Positions 11,402 to 23,558 of a stretch of 45,822 nt of DNA are shown here, piece by piece. The notes under the pieces were generated by a model. It did not search any database and was not told where the DNA came from. It saw nothing but the letters and a program-made list of their open reading frames with translations. The DNA comes from Folioceros fuciformis. Lineage: Eukaryota. The stretch lies in NCBI GenBank assembly GCA_049999805.1, contig JBNGIO010006142.1:113493-159314 (forward strand). Reading direction: 5' to 3'. The position numbers and the translations under genes were made by a program. The number at the start of each line of letters is the position of its first letter. Position 1 is the stretch's first letter.

Positions 11402-13573
11402 TTATTGCACCAGTGCCGCGTTGGTCACCTGGCTCAAGTTGCAAAAGACCCGCATGATGTTACTTGTGACGTCCAGTAACTGAAGGTATTCGTCAGCTCC
11501 ATCAATCAGACACTGGCAAGAAGTTTGTGATGAATCAGTGGAGAACAAAAGCTTAGGGGACTGAGAGACGAGAAAGACTTGCCGCCATACCTTATCAGCT
11601 ACAGCAAGCCTCTCGCAGATCCTAGCCTTTTGGAGGTCAGAAATCACGTCGGCGGGCACATTCACTATGGCATCGTACAGCTGCCCGTACAAGGATAACG
11701 TCATTTTGCAATGATGAGACCAGTTTCCAGACAGATGACAGAGAGAGGGCAGGAAGGAAGACCTGAGAAAATATTTTGGATGTCGCATGCCCTTCCGCTA
11801 TGGTGTCTGTTACCACTTTCTGTGCCGCGTCAAACTGGCCACTTCGACAAGCTTTCAGCAGATCTAAGATGACTTGGTTTGGGACGACCTGCACAGGGGA
11901 TCACTCAGGCAACAGTAGAGAGAGAGGATAGTGAAGAAAACAGAACGCACAGGAACGTACCGCAGACACGCTGATGATGTGTTCGCTGGAGATCAAGGAG
12001 CCGTACAAACGGGCCGCACTCTGCACAATATGGACAGGCCGTTTAGAATGGATTTAGTCCCTGTGGTAAGGTACAATTAATCCAAGACTATAATATCATG
12101 CAGACTCTATAGAGCTTACAGGTTTCAGGTCTCCCAAAAACATCTCCTGCAACATGGATGCGTACTGGGCAGCAAAAGGGGAAATGGTCTCCACTAAGCA
12201 AAGGTCCATAAGGCACCGAGTGAAAAAGAGTTTCGAACCTGTAGATAAGTGATAGCTCGTCTGAGGTCACCTTCTGACACACGTTTCAAAGTTTGTAATG
12301 CCTGCAACGAGAGGACAAAGTAACGGTCCTTAATCCATTGTTTCCCCCATACTCAGAAACTGAAGAAAACCAAAAGTAATCGCGGCAACCTCTGAATCCA
12401 GGGTGAGACCCTCTTCCTTGCAGATGTAAGAGAGTCGATTGTTCATGGTATCTTCCATTAGTGGTTTGAAACGAAACTTCGCACATCTTGATGCCAACGG
12501 ATCTATGATCCTGCAAAACAAAACATGATCTTTGATTTCATATAAATGATCGAAATGCTACCTGAATACAGTGAAATGGCTCACCTGCTGACATAGTTGC
12601 AGATGAAAATAAAGCGTGTGACCTTGTAATGCAGCTCCATTGTTCGTCTCAAGGCATTCTGTTACACTCAAGGATAGCCGACGTCACACACAGGCCTCGC
12701 ACCGAAATAACGTATGAATCAAGGTGAACACGGAGAAACATGCCACCTGAGCATCCTCTGTCATTGAATCTGCCTCATCCAGGATGATCACCTTAAAAGG
12801 TGGACAGGGGTAACCACTGCATAGGCACTTATGCACGTTAACCCCCAAGTACAAGGTAGACCAACACACCAAGTTCTGCATTGAATTGCAATACCCTATT
12901 ACAAACTTTAAACACAACTTAAAGCAGGGAGATGCCAGAGCCGAAGACAAAGAGCAGAGACAAACCTGACACTTTTCCCAACAGCAACACCTGCGAAATC
13001 CTTGATTTTCGTGCGTACTACATTGATCCCACGCTCATCACTTGCATTGAGTTCTAAAACTCGGCTCTTATAAAGCTCTGGACTGCGTTGAGGACACACA
13101 GTAATCCGAAATCAGGGCTAGTGAAGACCACGGAGCAGTCACCCCAACACACCGCTACTAACCCGAATAATTGATGGGCGATTGCCAGAGCCGTAGTAGT
13201 TTTTCCCGTGCCAGGAGGCCCATAGAAGAGCATATGCGGCAGCTGCAAACGTCCTTGATGAGAAACTCTAGCTACGGCAACCTCGTGACCTAGACACCAG
13301 CTACAAGTAAACACTCCACAGGCAACACAGTCAGGCTTACGTTGCCAGTCTCAAGAGTATTTTTGAGCACGCGAACAACTTCGTCCTGATGAGCTACGTC
13401 CTCGACTTTCCTTGGCCGGCTGATCCAAGATGCACCACAATCAGAACAATCCAGGAAATCCGCCGGAACAGGATACAACAATCACAAGAAGTATCAAGTC
13501 ATAAGACACTCGCAATTTGGCTAACTTACTACTTCTCCACCCAGTGCTGCGAGTTGCGCACCACGGGAGCCAT
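11402..13573 (-). CDS. RFC4: Replication factor C small subunit (RFC4 / yeast Rfc2 type), multi-exon
   Basis: [17 protein letters not shown], Walker [19 protein letters not shown], Walker [11 protein letters not shown] motif, C-terminal [14 protein letters not shown] introns join all exons in frame. Confidence 0.95.
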
Positions 13574-13802
13574 CTGCACCGAGAACAGGATTCAGGAATT
13601 CTGTAGACAACTCCTTCAAGCTCAACATTGATACATCGAAGTAAAGGAACCATCAAACCTTCCCGCCAACGAACGCCAACAGTTTCAGCCGTACACATGT
13701 ACTTATGTTCACAACCGAAAGTTGAGCTAGGGCACTAGCTTTCGTCTTCACAGCGGACCAGCGAACTTGCTGGTTTGCGAGATCCAGCATTGCAGAAGGA
13801 GC

Positions 13803-14743
13803 ATGTCCTCCCGCAGAGTGCTGGCCGTGGCTCTCTGGAGGCTTTTGTGTAGGAGCGGCGCAGCTGAGCAGGCTGGATCCCTCACCACTTTGAACGCCAG
13901 CAGGACGTGCCCGCATCCTCTTCCAACCGGATCATTCCACTTCTTTGGCCAGGGATCTGCTACTAAGGAAATCAGAGCTGTATCTAGAGTGAGTCGGGTT
14001 GATTCCTTTGCCTGTGCGATTTGTTCCCTCAAGTCTATGATTGCCTTCGGAAGGAATCTGATGTGTTGGAAATGGCCTTTTATGTCAGGTTGGGCAGAAC
14101 GTAGAAGTCTCGGGGCAACTCACTCACCTCCTCAGCGGAGCCAGGTGCGTGATATGTGTGAAACGTATGCTCCCCTCTGCCATCCGGCCTGCAGAGCTAA
14201 TGATAGATTTGTTGCGTATGAAGATTCTTTGGCCCAGCACTTGAGCCGCTGGCCAGGGCAGCTGCAACCGCGTGGTCAGGATCGAGAGGGCTGAGTTACC
14301 AACACTCGGGCCTTATCCCTTTCCTGGGAGTGCAGCATGACGGCATTTCTTCTTTCCGGACCATGGTGACACTGAACCAGCTGGTTCGTCATGGTAGGCA
14401 GAAGAAGAAGCGGAGTCAGCGTACCCGAGCCCTGGGTCAATGTCCTCAGAAACGAGGGGTATGTCTGCGTGTGTCAACCAGGACACCGAAGAAACCCAAT
14501 TCCGCTTTGCGTAAGATAGCTAAAGTACGACTGACCAATCGGAGTGAAGTGATTGCCTACATACCTGGAGAAGGCCATAATCTGCAGGAGCATTCGGTGG
14601 TTCTAATCAGGGGAGGAAGGGTAAAGGATCTGCCGGGAGTGAAGTACCACTGCATTCGGGGAGTGAAAGACTTACAGGGAGTGCAGGCTAGACGCCAAGG
14701 TCGATCTAAGTATGGCACCAAGAAGCCCAAAGCAACAACATGA
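13803..14743 (+). CDS. rps12: Nuclear-encoded mitochondrial ribosomal protein S12 (uS12m) with putative presequence exon; conserved core 14363-14743
   Basis: Core [12 protein letters not shown]...[25 protein letters not shown]...[13 protein letters not shown]...RSKYG is plant mitochondrial-type. Model: exon 1 13803-14144, phase-0 intron 14145-14335 (GT...GTGCAG), exon 2 14336-14743, in frame. Core is secure; the 5' exon is inferred. Confidence 0.9.
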
Positions 14744-15164
14744 TCCCCGTCATCCTAGCTCTCAGACGCATCTCCATGTCATTCCCTCTCCAGCGATAAG
14801 CAATTTGAGAATCCACTGCAGCGGTCCTGCTCTGCAGTCTTTAGCCGAAAGACATTAGAACTGCATCGCTGTGGAGTCTTCGTAATTCTCCGGCTTTCTG
14901 TGGCTTCGTGCCGACCCTGATGTAATTTTCTTCGCTCTACCGCCCCCCGATCTATTCCCTGCTTTCCGTTCATGGTTTCGAATATGTTTCCTGAGTCCTG
15001 ATTGGAGGGACTCGACGTCCTAAACACACACGAGGCAGAGCCACAAACTTCCACCTGGTTACAGAGCATGTTTCCAGTTTGAAGTATGTATCTACTTGGA
15101 ACACAGCGATATCGCTCCACGTAGATACGTAAGCGAGCGATATGTATGTTCATGATTTCACGAG

Positions 15165-17437
15165 ATGCAGAGCTGCCAGTTCCTTGGCTCCCACAGGCCG
15201 GGAGTGGAGCGGTTGGCTCGCTGCACGCGATCGTATCATTTCCCTCCCAATTTGCACGAACAGGTTCGATCCAGGCAATTTTCTGGGAAGAACTGCGCTG
15301 TTCAGAACCGGGCCAATTCTACAGGCCAGGTGCAGCCGGGTAAGAAAGGTGGTTCAGAATCCATGGCCAGCGCCAGGCTTGATGTCCAGCTCGACAACTT
15401 TCTTGCCGCCCTTCAGCTGATTGTTCCCCCTCTGTCGAGTGACCGGCACAAGGGGCAGTCTGGTGAGATTGATTGTGAGTGGTGTCATTGGATTTGAGGG
15501 CGCTTGTTTGCGTGTGGAAGCCACTCGCTCACTTTGGAAATTGCAACAGGCAGAGTTGCGGTGTTCGGAGGGTGTAGGGAGTACACCGGAGCTCCGTATT
15601 TTGCAGCCATTTCAGCTTTGAAGATGGTAATTGAGGCTGATTACCTTTGTCGTGCTCTCCGTCCCGGGAGCGAGCTCAAGTGTTCGATGGGATGTGTATC
15701 AGGGGGCAGATTTGTCACACGTTTTCTGCGCTCAGGGTGCTGCTACAGTGATCAAAAGCTACAGTCCTGAGCTGATTGTGCATCCCGTTCTACCGGAGAG
15801 CTATGGGACTTTGGTGTACGAGACCCTCTGTCTTGCGTTTGGCTACAGCAGGTTGCAGAATTCCAAGGGGTCGTCTGACGGGCTTGACTTGCAGGGAAGA
15901 AGGAACCGCGCTGGGACAGGGCATTGAGGGCATTAAGAAATGGATGTCTAACTTCAATGGCATTGTCGTAGGTCCGGGACTGGGCAGAGAGCTGTCCCTA
16001 GTGAGCCCTATTTCTCTACTCCCCTCGTGCACTTTGCTTGGTTGCTGTTGATCGGCTTTCAAAGTTTGCGCTCTTGATTGACAGATTTCTTATTTTCATG
16101 CAGTCTGTCACGCCAGCAGTTATACAGCAGGCGAAGTCACAGGATATACCGATTGTGATTGATGGGGTTGGCATTTCTATGCTTCTGCTTCAGATTTGAG
16201 ATTCAGATGTGACCAGGCTAAGCTCCGAACAGCTAACAAACGTGCTTGACTTTGCTGCGAAGGATGGATTACATGCTGTTACAAAGGACTTAAGCCTCGT
16301 TCGAGGGTACTCGCAAGTGGTTTTGACTCCCAACTACAATGAGTACAAGCGGCTGGTTGCACAGGTTCTTGGGGGCAATGTGGATGAGGGAGTAGAGAAG
16401 GATCTTCCCGAACAAGTGCGGCTTGTAGCCGATCGGTCAGTACGCTGCAGCATGTGATCATATTGGAAACTACTCGTGTCACCATGTTCTGATGGTAGCA
16501 GGTTGGGTGTCTTCGGTCAGCTTGGGGGTGACGATTCTGAAGAAAGGTCCAACAGATATCATCAGCGATGGTAAAACAGGTTTGTCCTCCTGTGCCCNNN
16601 NNNNNNNNNNNNNNNNNNNNNNNNNNNNNNNNNNNNNNNNNNNNNNNNNNNNNNNNNNNNNNNNNNNNNNNNNNNNNNNNNNNNNNNNNNNNNNNNNAGA
16701 TGAGGTATCCTCTCCCCTCAGAACTTGATCAGGAACTGTCTGCCACTAATCAGCAACGAACGTCATGTCTTTCCTCTGCAGTTGTTGAGTCCAGCTTTTT
16801 TGGGTCACCTCGAAGATGTGGTGGGCAAGGGGATGTGCTGTCAGGCAGGTTTGTGTAGTCGAAACACAGCGACAGTTCAGGCAAAAGTTTCTTCTGGGTT
16901 TCGTCATGTCAGATTGTCTGCCCGTGAACTACTTTCTTACCAGTTCGACTTGACGGTTTAAAACCACTTGTCAGTGTCTGTGTTTTTACGAGCTGGGCGA
17001 AGCAGTACCTGCAGGCAGGAGCAGGTAGTCAGGATGCGAAGAAGTTGGAAGACAGGTACCCTGGACACATCACATGCTGATATCAGTGGTCGAATTACTT
17101 AGTCCCATGTGCACCTCATCTGGTCCACATGCTGGCATCGCATTTTCGTGCAGGGTTTCTGCGAACCCAGCCATAGTCGGTAGTCTCGCAGGCTCCATTT
17201 TAGTTCGGAAAGCAGCGCAAGAAGCATTTTCAAAGCACAGGCGAGGAATGGTAACCACCGATTTGATAGAGTTTCTCGCTCTCAGGTACGACTCGCTACC
17301 ATGGTGCCTTAGTCGTTGGGCATTAGATCAGTTTAAGGGGACTGAGGGGGGCGTTCGTTGTGTTTAAATGCAATCTGTTTACGATGTGGTTTCCTTATTG
17401 GTGTAGTATGGATGAACTGTTCCCTGCGACTTGCTGA
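15165..17437 (+). CDS. ATP-dependent NAD(P)H-hydrate dehydratase (NNRD/CARKD family), multi-exon
   Basis: [80 protein letters not shown]; last exon 17407-17437. Second in-frame Met at 15363. One intron contains the N gap. Confidence 0.93.
16598..16697. other. Assembly gap (100 N) within an intron of the dehydratase gene
   Basis: Run of N; the flanking exons join in frame. Confidence 1.
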
Positions 17438-17559
17438 AGCTGCCGATCCCAGCAGGAGATGTTGTCGAGCACCTCGTTGTAGATCCGTGTTATAACGGCA
17501 TTGTCAAAAATCGTTTTTTTGCCAAAGACCTTTGAAAAGGCTGTCTGTAAGACAAACAT

Positions 17560-20046
17560 TCATGTTCTATCTCCAACAGGTACATACTCGAAACCTGTTC
17601 TCCAGAATCCGCCAAAACCACTTTGTCTAGCTGCTCTATGAAGCCACAGTTGCTCAACTTCTTGGAAAGACAGGCCCTTCGTTTCAGGAACAGCAACAAG
17701 AACAAAGCTAATTCCCAACACTGCCAACAATAGGAAAAAAACGAAAGTGGTGGATGTCCCCAGAAGTTCTACTAACGACAAGAATGTCTGTGCGACCAAA
17801 AGGTTGGCCAGCCAGTTGGCTGTAGCCGCAATACCGCTGCAGACGCCCCGCAGATGTGCGGGATAAATTTCTGAATTCACAGCCCACGGCACTGGCCCCA
17901 TGCCCGGAGAAAAAGCTGCTATGTAGAGAGCAAGCCCAGCCAAAGCCAACCACCCATAGCGGCTGGGGCAACCCTGAGTGAACCAAGACCCAGATGCCAC
18001 TGTCGCACAAACGTCACCAAGTGTGCTGTTCTGAACTACACAACTTCCAAGAGGCTCCTTTATCAAAACAACAGAGGACCAACTCAAATTCAAATTCATT
18101 GCATGGTGGCAGGTGATAGCACACAAAGATATCTCAAAGATGGGTACCTGGCTGGTTGAAGGCAAGCAGAATCCACACCCTGCTTGAAGACAGGTATAGC
18201 ACGTAGAAGCAACATCGTGTGACACTGGGCAGAAGTCGGAAAGTTTGAATACTGAAGTGTCCCAGCTGACTTGGGGTGAGTCCCTTGCTGTTAGGTGGAA
18301 AGACAGAGATAACACGGCTAGAGCTATTATCACCCCTGTCAAACTCATAATTGCAAGCGTCCTCCGTCCTGTCCTGTCTATCAAGATAATGCCTGCGATT
18401 GTCCCAACAGCATTCAAGCCAGCCACAGCTGAAGATAACAGCACAGCGGTTTGATGTGAGGCGATCCCAGCAAGTTCCACAATCGACGGGCTGTAGTACA
18501 TCACCGTATTTATCCCAACCAGCTGCTGAAAGATCTGAAGACACGAATCAAACCAGTGGTGGTTAACGGTGCAAACGTTGTAACTGCACATGACCAATGG
18601 ACCAAATGAATTAATGATGGATCTGTTTTCCCATTTGTCAAATGGTTTGTGAAAGTTTTCTGGAGTTAGATCGGTACCTGCATGCCAATACCAGCTATAA
18701 GCGCCAACCTTAGCTCCTTCTTTTGGAAGAAATCTGTTTTGTCAAAAGGCTTCTGATGAAGATCCTCCTCTGCTTCAGCAAGAATCACCTCAAGCTCATG
18801 TTTTAGCTTGTCTGAGGGGTGGAGCTTCTTGATAGTGATGATTGCCTCATCAAACCGTTTCTGCAAGCAAAGAAATGCGCTGCCAATCTTACTGATAACT
18901 CCAGACCGAAGTAGCATATGGCGGATTGCCAGTTGGACACACCTGAGTGAGTAACCAACGTGGAGATTCTGGAAGAAAAGCAAAAGTAATAGCTTGTACA
19001 ACCGCAGGTAATCCTGCTACTCCCAACATCCAACGCCAGGTGCCTGGAACCTTTACCAATGACATTGGACAAAATCGTTGGTGTGAGTCAAGCATAATGG
19101 CATAGCCATAGGCACAAGAAGCTTCCAAACCTGGGCAGCGGGTATGCATGACATGTAGAAAGAGGTGAGAGAAGCTCCATACATGGGTGAAGCCATAATT
19201 GCCAACGTAGGAAACAAACTGTCCAGTCGTGATCATCAGGACGTTAACAGTCACTAACGCGCCACGCTGATCCGTGGGTGATGCTTCCGCGATATACAGA
19301 GGAGCCGACATTGATGCTGCACCTATTCCTACTCCCACCGTGAACCTGCCTATAAGTAAAATGTAGGAGTTGGAAGAAGCAGCCATAATCAATGCACCGA
19401 GTGCGAAAAGCAAATCCGACATAAGAATGGTTGGCTTGCGCCCGAAATAATCGTTCATACGACCACCGACAAAAGCACCAACTACAGCTCCAGCTATAGC
19501 CATGCTCACAATGGTCTCCTGCATATCACAAACTTTCTTTCATCATGATGCAAACCTGGAGGCTCAAACAACTGGACCTCTCCAGACAACTGGATCACTG
19601 CTTGCCTGAAATCAATGCAGCGCACCTGTAGGAACGTACTCTGCCCGACGTCAGTGAATTCATCTTTGATATACAGAAGTGCACCGGAGATGACTCCTGC
19701 TTTCCCCAGGAACCAGAAAAGGACCCATCAAGGACTAATCTAGACATGACTGCTAACGAACTCCAATCCAACAGCCGGAGGGGGAAGGGGGGATGTGGTT
19801 CGAGCTGTGTGCGATCCCACCTGTGTCGTAGCCAAACAAGAATCCTCCAATTCCAGCTGCAAAAGTAAGCATCAGCACATAGGCCTTGGCACTAAAAGTA
19901 GTTCCGGTCGCATCTGGACTCAGAGCTTCAGCTGCTTCTCTCCATGCGCTCAGTTCCTCTCCCTCTGTGACTCCAGAATTCGAGTTGTCAGCAGCAGGCA
20001 CTGCCTCTTGGGCCCCCGGCAGAAAACTCCTCTCCCCTCTCGTCAT
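17560..20046 (-). CDS. Inositol transporter (MFS sugar porter, INT2/INT4-type with Cys-rich loop), multi-exon
   Basis: [45 protein letters not shown], Cys-rich loop ([12 protein letters not shown]...GCPSRYGW), [16 protein letters not shown]. Alternative start at 20055. Confidence 0.93.
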
Positions 20047-20416
20047 CGCCAGCATCCGTCCTCACGGTCGGGGTCACATTACCCGATCCTTCCTTATATT
20101 CGCAGAGCCAAACGCTGGCTGCCCACGGACAGAGGTGTATTCCAGAGGGAGCCGGGGATTGAGTGTCGGCACGTAAAATAGCTCCGACTGGCAAGCCGTA
20201 CAATTTGCTTGACTACTAGTGGTTTTCGCTGGACTCTTGCGACGCTGCTAGCATGACAGAGATATCAGAGCTGTGGAATAGAACCTGTGCCCGTTACGAT
20301 GGGTTTTTTTGAATCGTTCCGGACAGAAGGTGGAACAGCCGAGAAAGGAGCTCAATTGAGGCGACATCGGCAAGAAATGTAAGTATATTCGGTTGAAGTG
20401 GGGAGGTTAGACGACA

Positions 20417-21586
20417 TCAAGCAGGGGGACTCAGGCTCTGTGCCGTTTGCTCAACTCTGTTGAGGGGAGAACGCAGACGTCCAGTAGCGTCCACTTTGGG
20501 TAAAATCTTCAAAGGGGGGCGGGCAGGCTGAGGAAGCAGCCTGCCTTTCTTCTCGAACCAGGCGGGGTCTAGGAGAGCCTTCAGACCGAGATCATTGTAA
20601 TGCACTCTGGTGACAGTGCCTCCAGCTGCTTCCACTGCAGCCTTAGCTCGCTCAGAAACTCGGCTGACCTGAAAGCTTTCACTTGGTTAGTATGCAAGTC
20701 CACCTTCACCAACGGGGCATCGGCGTGGGGAACTGGCAACCATGAGAGTACCTCAAAATTGATGGGAAGGTTAAACTGCTGTGATCCCTTGCCTAGCAAC
20801 TTCACACCATCCTTGATACTCTTCCCCACAGCACCAGCTTCCTGTGGAATGTGAGGTCAGTAGATGTGAAGCTAAGACAGGAGCAAAGCTTGCATTTCAA
20901 GGACGGATATCTTTCAGCACCTTCAACGTTTTCATGGTCACCAGCTCAGAAGGATTGAGGCGGCCTTTCTTCACAAGATCTGTAATGGTCTCCAAGTTCA
21001 CTGGCTGTGCTGCACCATACCACCATGACCACACTTGTTCTCAGACCCATTTCCAAACAGTGGCTGCGCCGACCAAGAAACAGCACGATCAAGATGCCCA
21101 TGCCAAGCCAGATGGAGAGCCATGCCATCCAATCTCGTTTCAATCCATGCAAGCTTTCTTCCACCCTAACCCTATCCGGAGAACTGTGCATGCCTTGAAG
21201 GACTGCCCGAACCGGTTGTTGAATCCACGCTTGGGAATGCGAAGACGGAGAGGCGTCTGGCCACCCTCGAACCCTATCCTGGGGTTCCGCCCGCTACGTG
21301 CTTTTTGCCCCTTATGCCCCCTCCCCGCAGTCTTCCCTTTCCCAGACCCAATACCACGCCCCAGCCGCGTCTTGGGCTGCCTGGCACCGTCATTGTCCCG
21401 CAGCGAATTAAGCGGCAGCAAGCCCTCTGCAGGAATGGTTTGCCCCTCCTTTAGCTTCACCAGCCTGTAAGACCGACAGCCTGCCCAGCTCCCTCCACGA
21501 AACGCCGTTGCAACGTCTCCCACCACCGGATTATTCCGGGCAATCAAGCCCTGCATAAGCAGTCTCCCGATCCCCCGCCTCCTCAT
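20417..21586 (-). CDS. Mitochondrial ribosomal protein uL15, 4 exons
   Basis: Arg-rich presequence, [38 protein letters not shown], and C-terminal [14 protein letters not shown] typical of plant mitochondrial L15; intron 1 (21005-21193) probably GC-AG. Confidence 0.92.
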
Positions 21587-22326
21587 GCTTCCTGAAATTT
21601 CAAGCTCAGGCCTGCAGCAACCTCATCCTCCTCGAACTCCACACGCAGATCACGCATCCATCCCCAGACTGCTCGCCTGGAAGCACGGCACCTTTCCCGT
21701 CGATGCACTAAAAAGAAACACTATCCCGCTCAAAAAATGCCCGTTTCACACAAGCACCACACAGTCATAGGAAAGTAGCGCATGTGCATATACTTATGTA
21801 TGTGTGCACACAGAGATGGGGAGGTCCCCTGGGATGTGTAGCGTATGTATGGATGTCGGTCAATCTTGAATGTATGGATGTCTGGTGTCTACCTATGAAG
21901 TGCTGTTGGTTGGAAGCCCATCTGTTTCGTGTCTAGCAATTTAACGACGAACGACGAACGTTGACCGAACCTCAAGGGGCCTGGGGACGCGGAGCGTGCC
22001 GGGAAGGGCAGAGCGATTCCGCGTATCGTCATTCGGGCTCTATCGGGGCAGTCCGGGCGAGACGACTGAAGGAATCAGAATGTGAGACTGCGGGTTTCCG
22101 GAACTGAAGCGAGTCGCCGCTAGGCTGGCTCGGGGAAATCTCGAGCTAGCATTGCAGGATTACTGAGGCCAGAGATCTGAGGCGGGAGCGGCTGCTGACG
22201 GCAGTTTCAAGGCGATTTTGTGCGTTATCGGATTCCACAGCTGCGGTTGGTTGTAGCAGGCCTGATCTGCGCTGCCGTGGTTTTGTTTTGTGGAATTCTG
22301 GTGTAGGAGCTTGGGAAGGAGGCAGG

Positions 22327-23232
22327 ATGAGGACGAGGAACCGGAGGCACGGCGGGTGGGGGGCACGTTCTCCGTGGACGCTGGTGCTGGTTTTGTTGAT
22401 GATTTTGTCCTCGTTTCTGCTCGTGTTGCTAGTGCTGGGGATCGTAGGAGTTCCGCCAGGGTTGGATGGGACCGGGGAAGGTGCTAAGGGGGCAGAGGTG
22501 GCTCTGCATCTGCCTGGCGTGGTGAACGCGGTGGCGCATGCGCAGAAGGGTGTGCAGCATGAGCATGAGGAGGGCGGGCCGAGGAAGAGGTGGACCGAGG
22601 TTTTGTCCTGGGAGCCCAGGGCTTTCCTGTACCACAATTTTCTGACGAAGGAGGAATGCGAGCATCTGATCGGCTTGGCTTCGCCAACCATGGTGAAGTC
22701 CACAGTGGTGGATAGTTCCACGGGTCGGAGCAAGGATAGCAGGGTTAGGACGAGCTCGGGGACGTTTTTGGATAGGGGTCAGGATGCTGTGGTTTCAGAG
22801 ATTGAGCGGAGAATTGCAGAGTTCACTTTTGTGCCGGTTGAGCACGGAGAAGGGTTGCAGGTGCTGCACTATGAAGTGGGGCAGAAGTATGAGGCTCATT
22901 TCGACTACTTTCATGACACCGTCAACACCAAGAATGGTGGCCAGAGGATTGCCACTCTGCTCATGTATTTGAGTGATGTGGAGGCTGGAGGGGAAACGGT
23001 CTTCCCTGCAGCCAAGACGAATAATACTCTAGAAGGGTACGAGATGTCGGAGTGTGGACATTCGGGGCTCGCTGTGCGGCCTGTCATGGGTGATGCTTTA
23101 CTCTTTTGGAGTATGACGCCAGAAGCTCAGCTGGATCCTACCAGCTTGCATGGGGGATGTCCAGTTATCAAGGGCAACAAATGGTCGGCGACTAAGTGGA
23201 TGCATCTTCAACAGTATGCTATGCGTAATTAA
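22327..23232 (+). CDS. Prolyl 4-hydroxylase (2OG-Fe(II) dioxygenase, type II membrane anchor), single exon
   Basis: N-terminal TM segment, LSWEPRAFLYHNFL, RTSSGTFL, HFDYFHD, GGQRIATLLMYLSDV, HGGCPV, KWSATKW; first ATG at 22327. Confidence 0.95.
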   Translation: MRTRNRRHGGWGARSPWTLVLVLLMILSSFLLVLLVLGIVGVPPGLDGTGEGAKGAEVALHLPGVVNAVAHAQKGVQHEHEEGGPRKRWTEVLSWEPRAFLYHNFLTKEECEHLIGLASPTMVKSTVVDSSTGRSKDSRVRTSSGTFLDRGQDAVVSEIERRIAEFTFVPVEHGEGLQVLHYEVGQKYEAHFDYFHDTVNTKNGGQRIATLLMYLSDVEAGGETVFPAAKTNNTLEGYEMSECGHSGLAVRPVMGDALLFWSMTPEAQLDPTSLHGGCPVIKGNKWSATKWMHLQQYAMRN

Positions 23233-23558
23233 GCTTGCCATTGTCTTGGCCACGGCATTCATAACGGAGCACAGCAATATTTGTCTGTGGGAGATCCAGG
23301 CAGTATTCAACTTCTTTTTGCTCCTGAAGATACTTACAAGGAGGTTGGAGAGGAGGCGTTGGAGGATACTAGCATGAGATATGCGGGGGAGTAAGGAGCT
23401 AGTGAGGACTCTCTCTAGATGTCAGCTCTGTGCGATATGATTTAAGACATTGGAAACGCACCCTTCCAAGCAGTCCCTCGTCACACCCGTTCCCAATCCC
23501 TTGAGCTCGGAATTCGTATTGCTTGGATGTGGTGTGATAAGCTTTGAACACCTACTAG

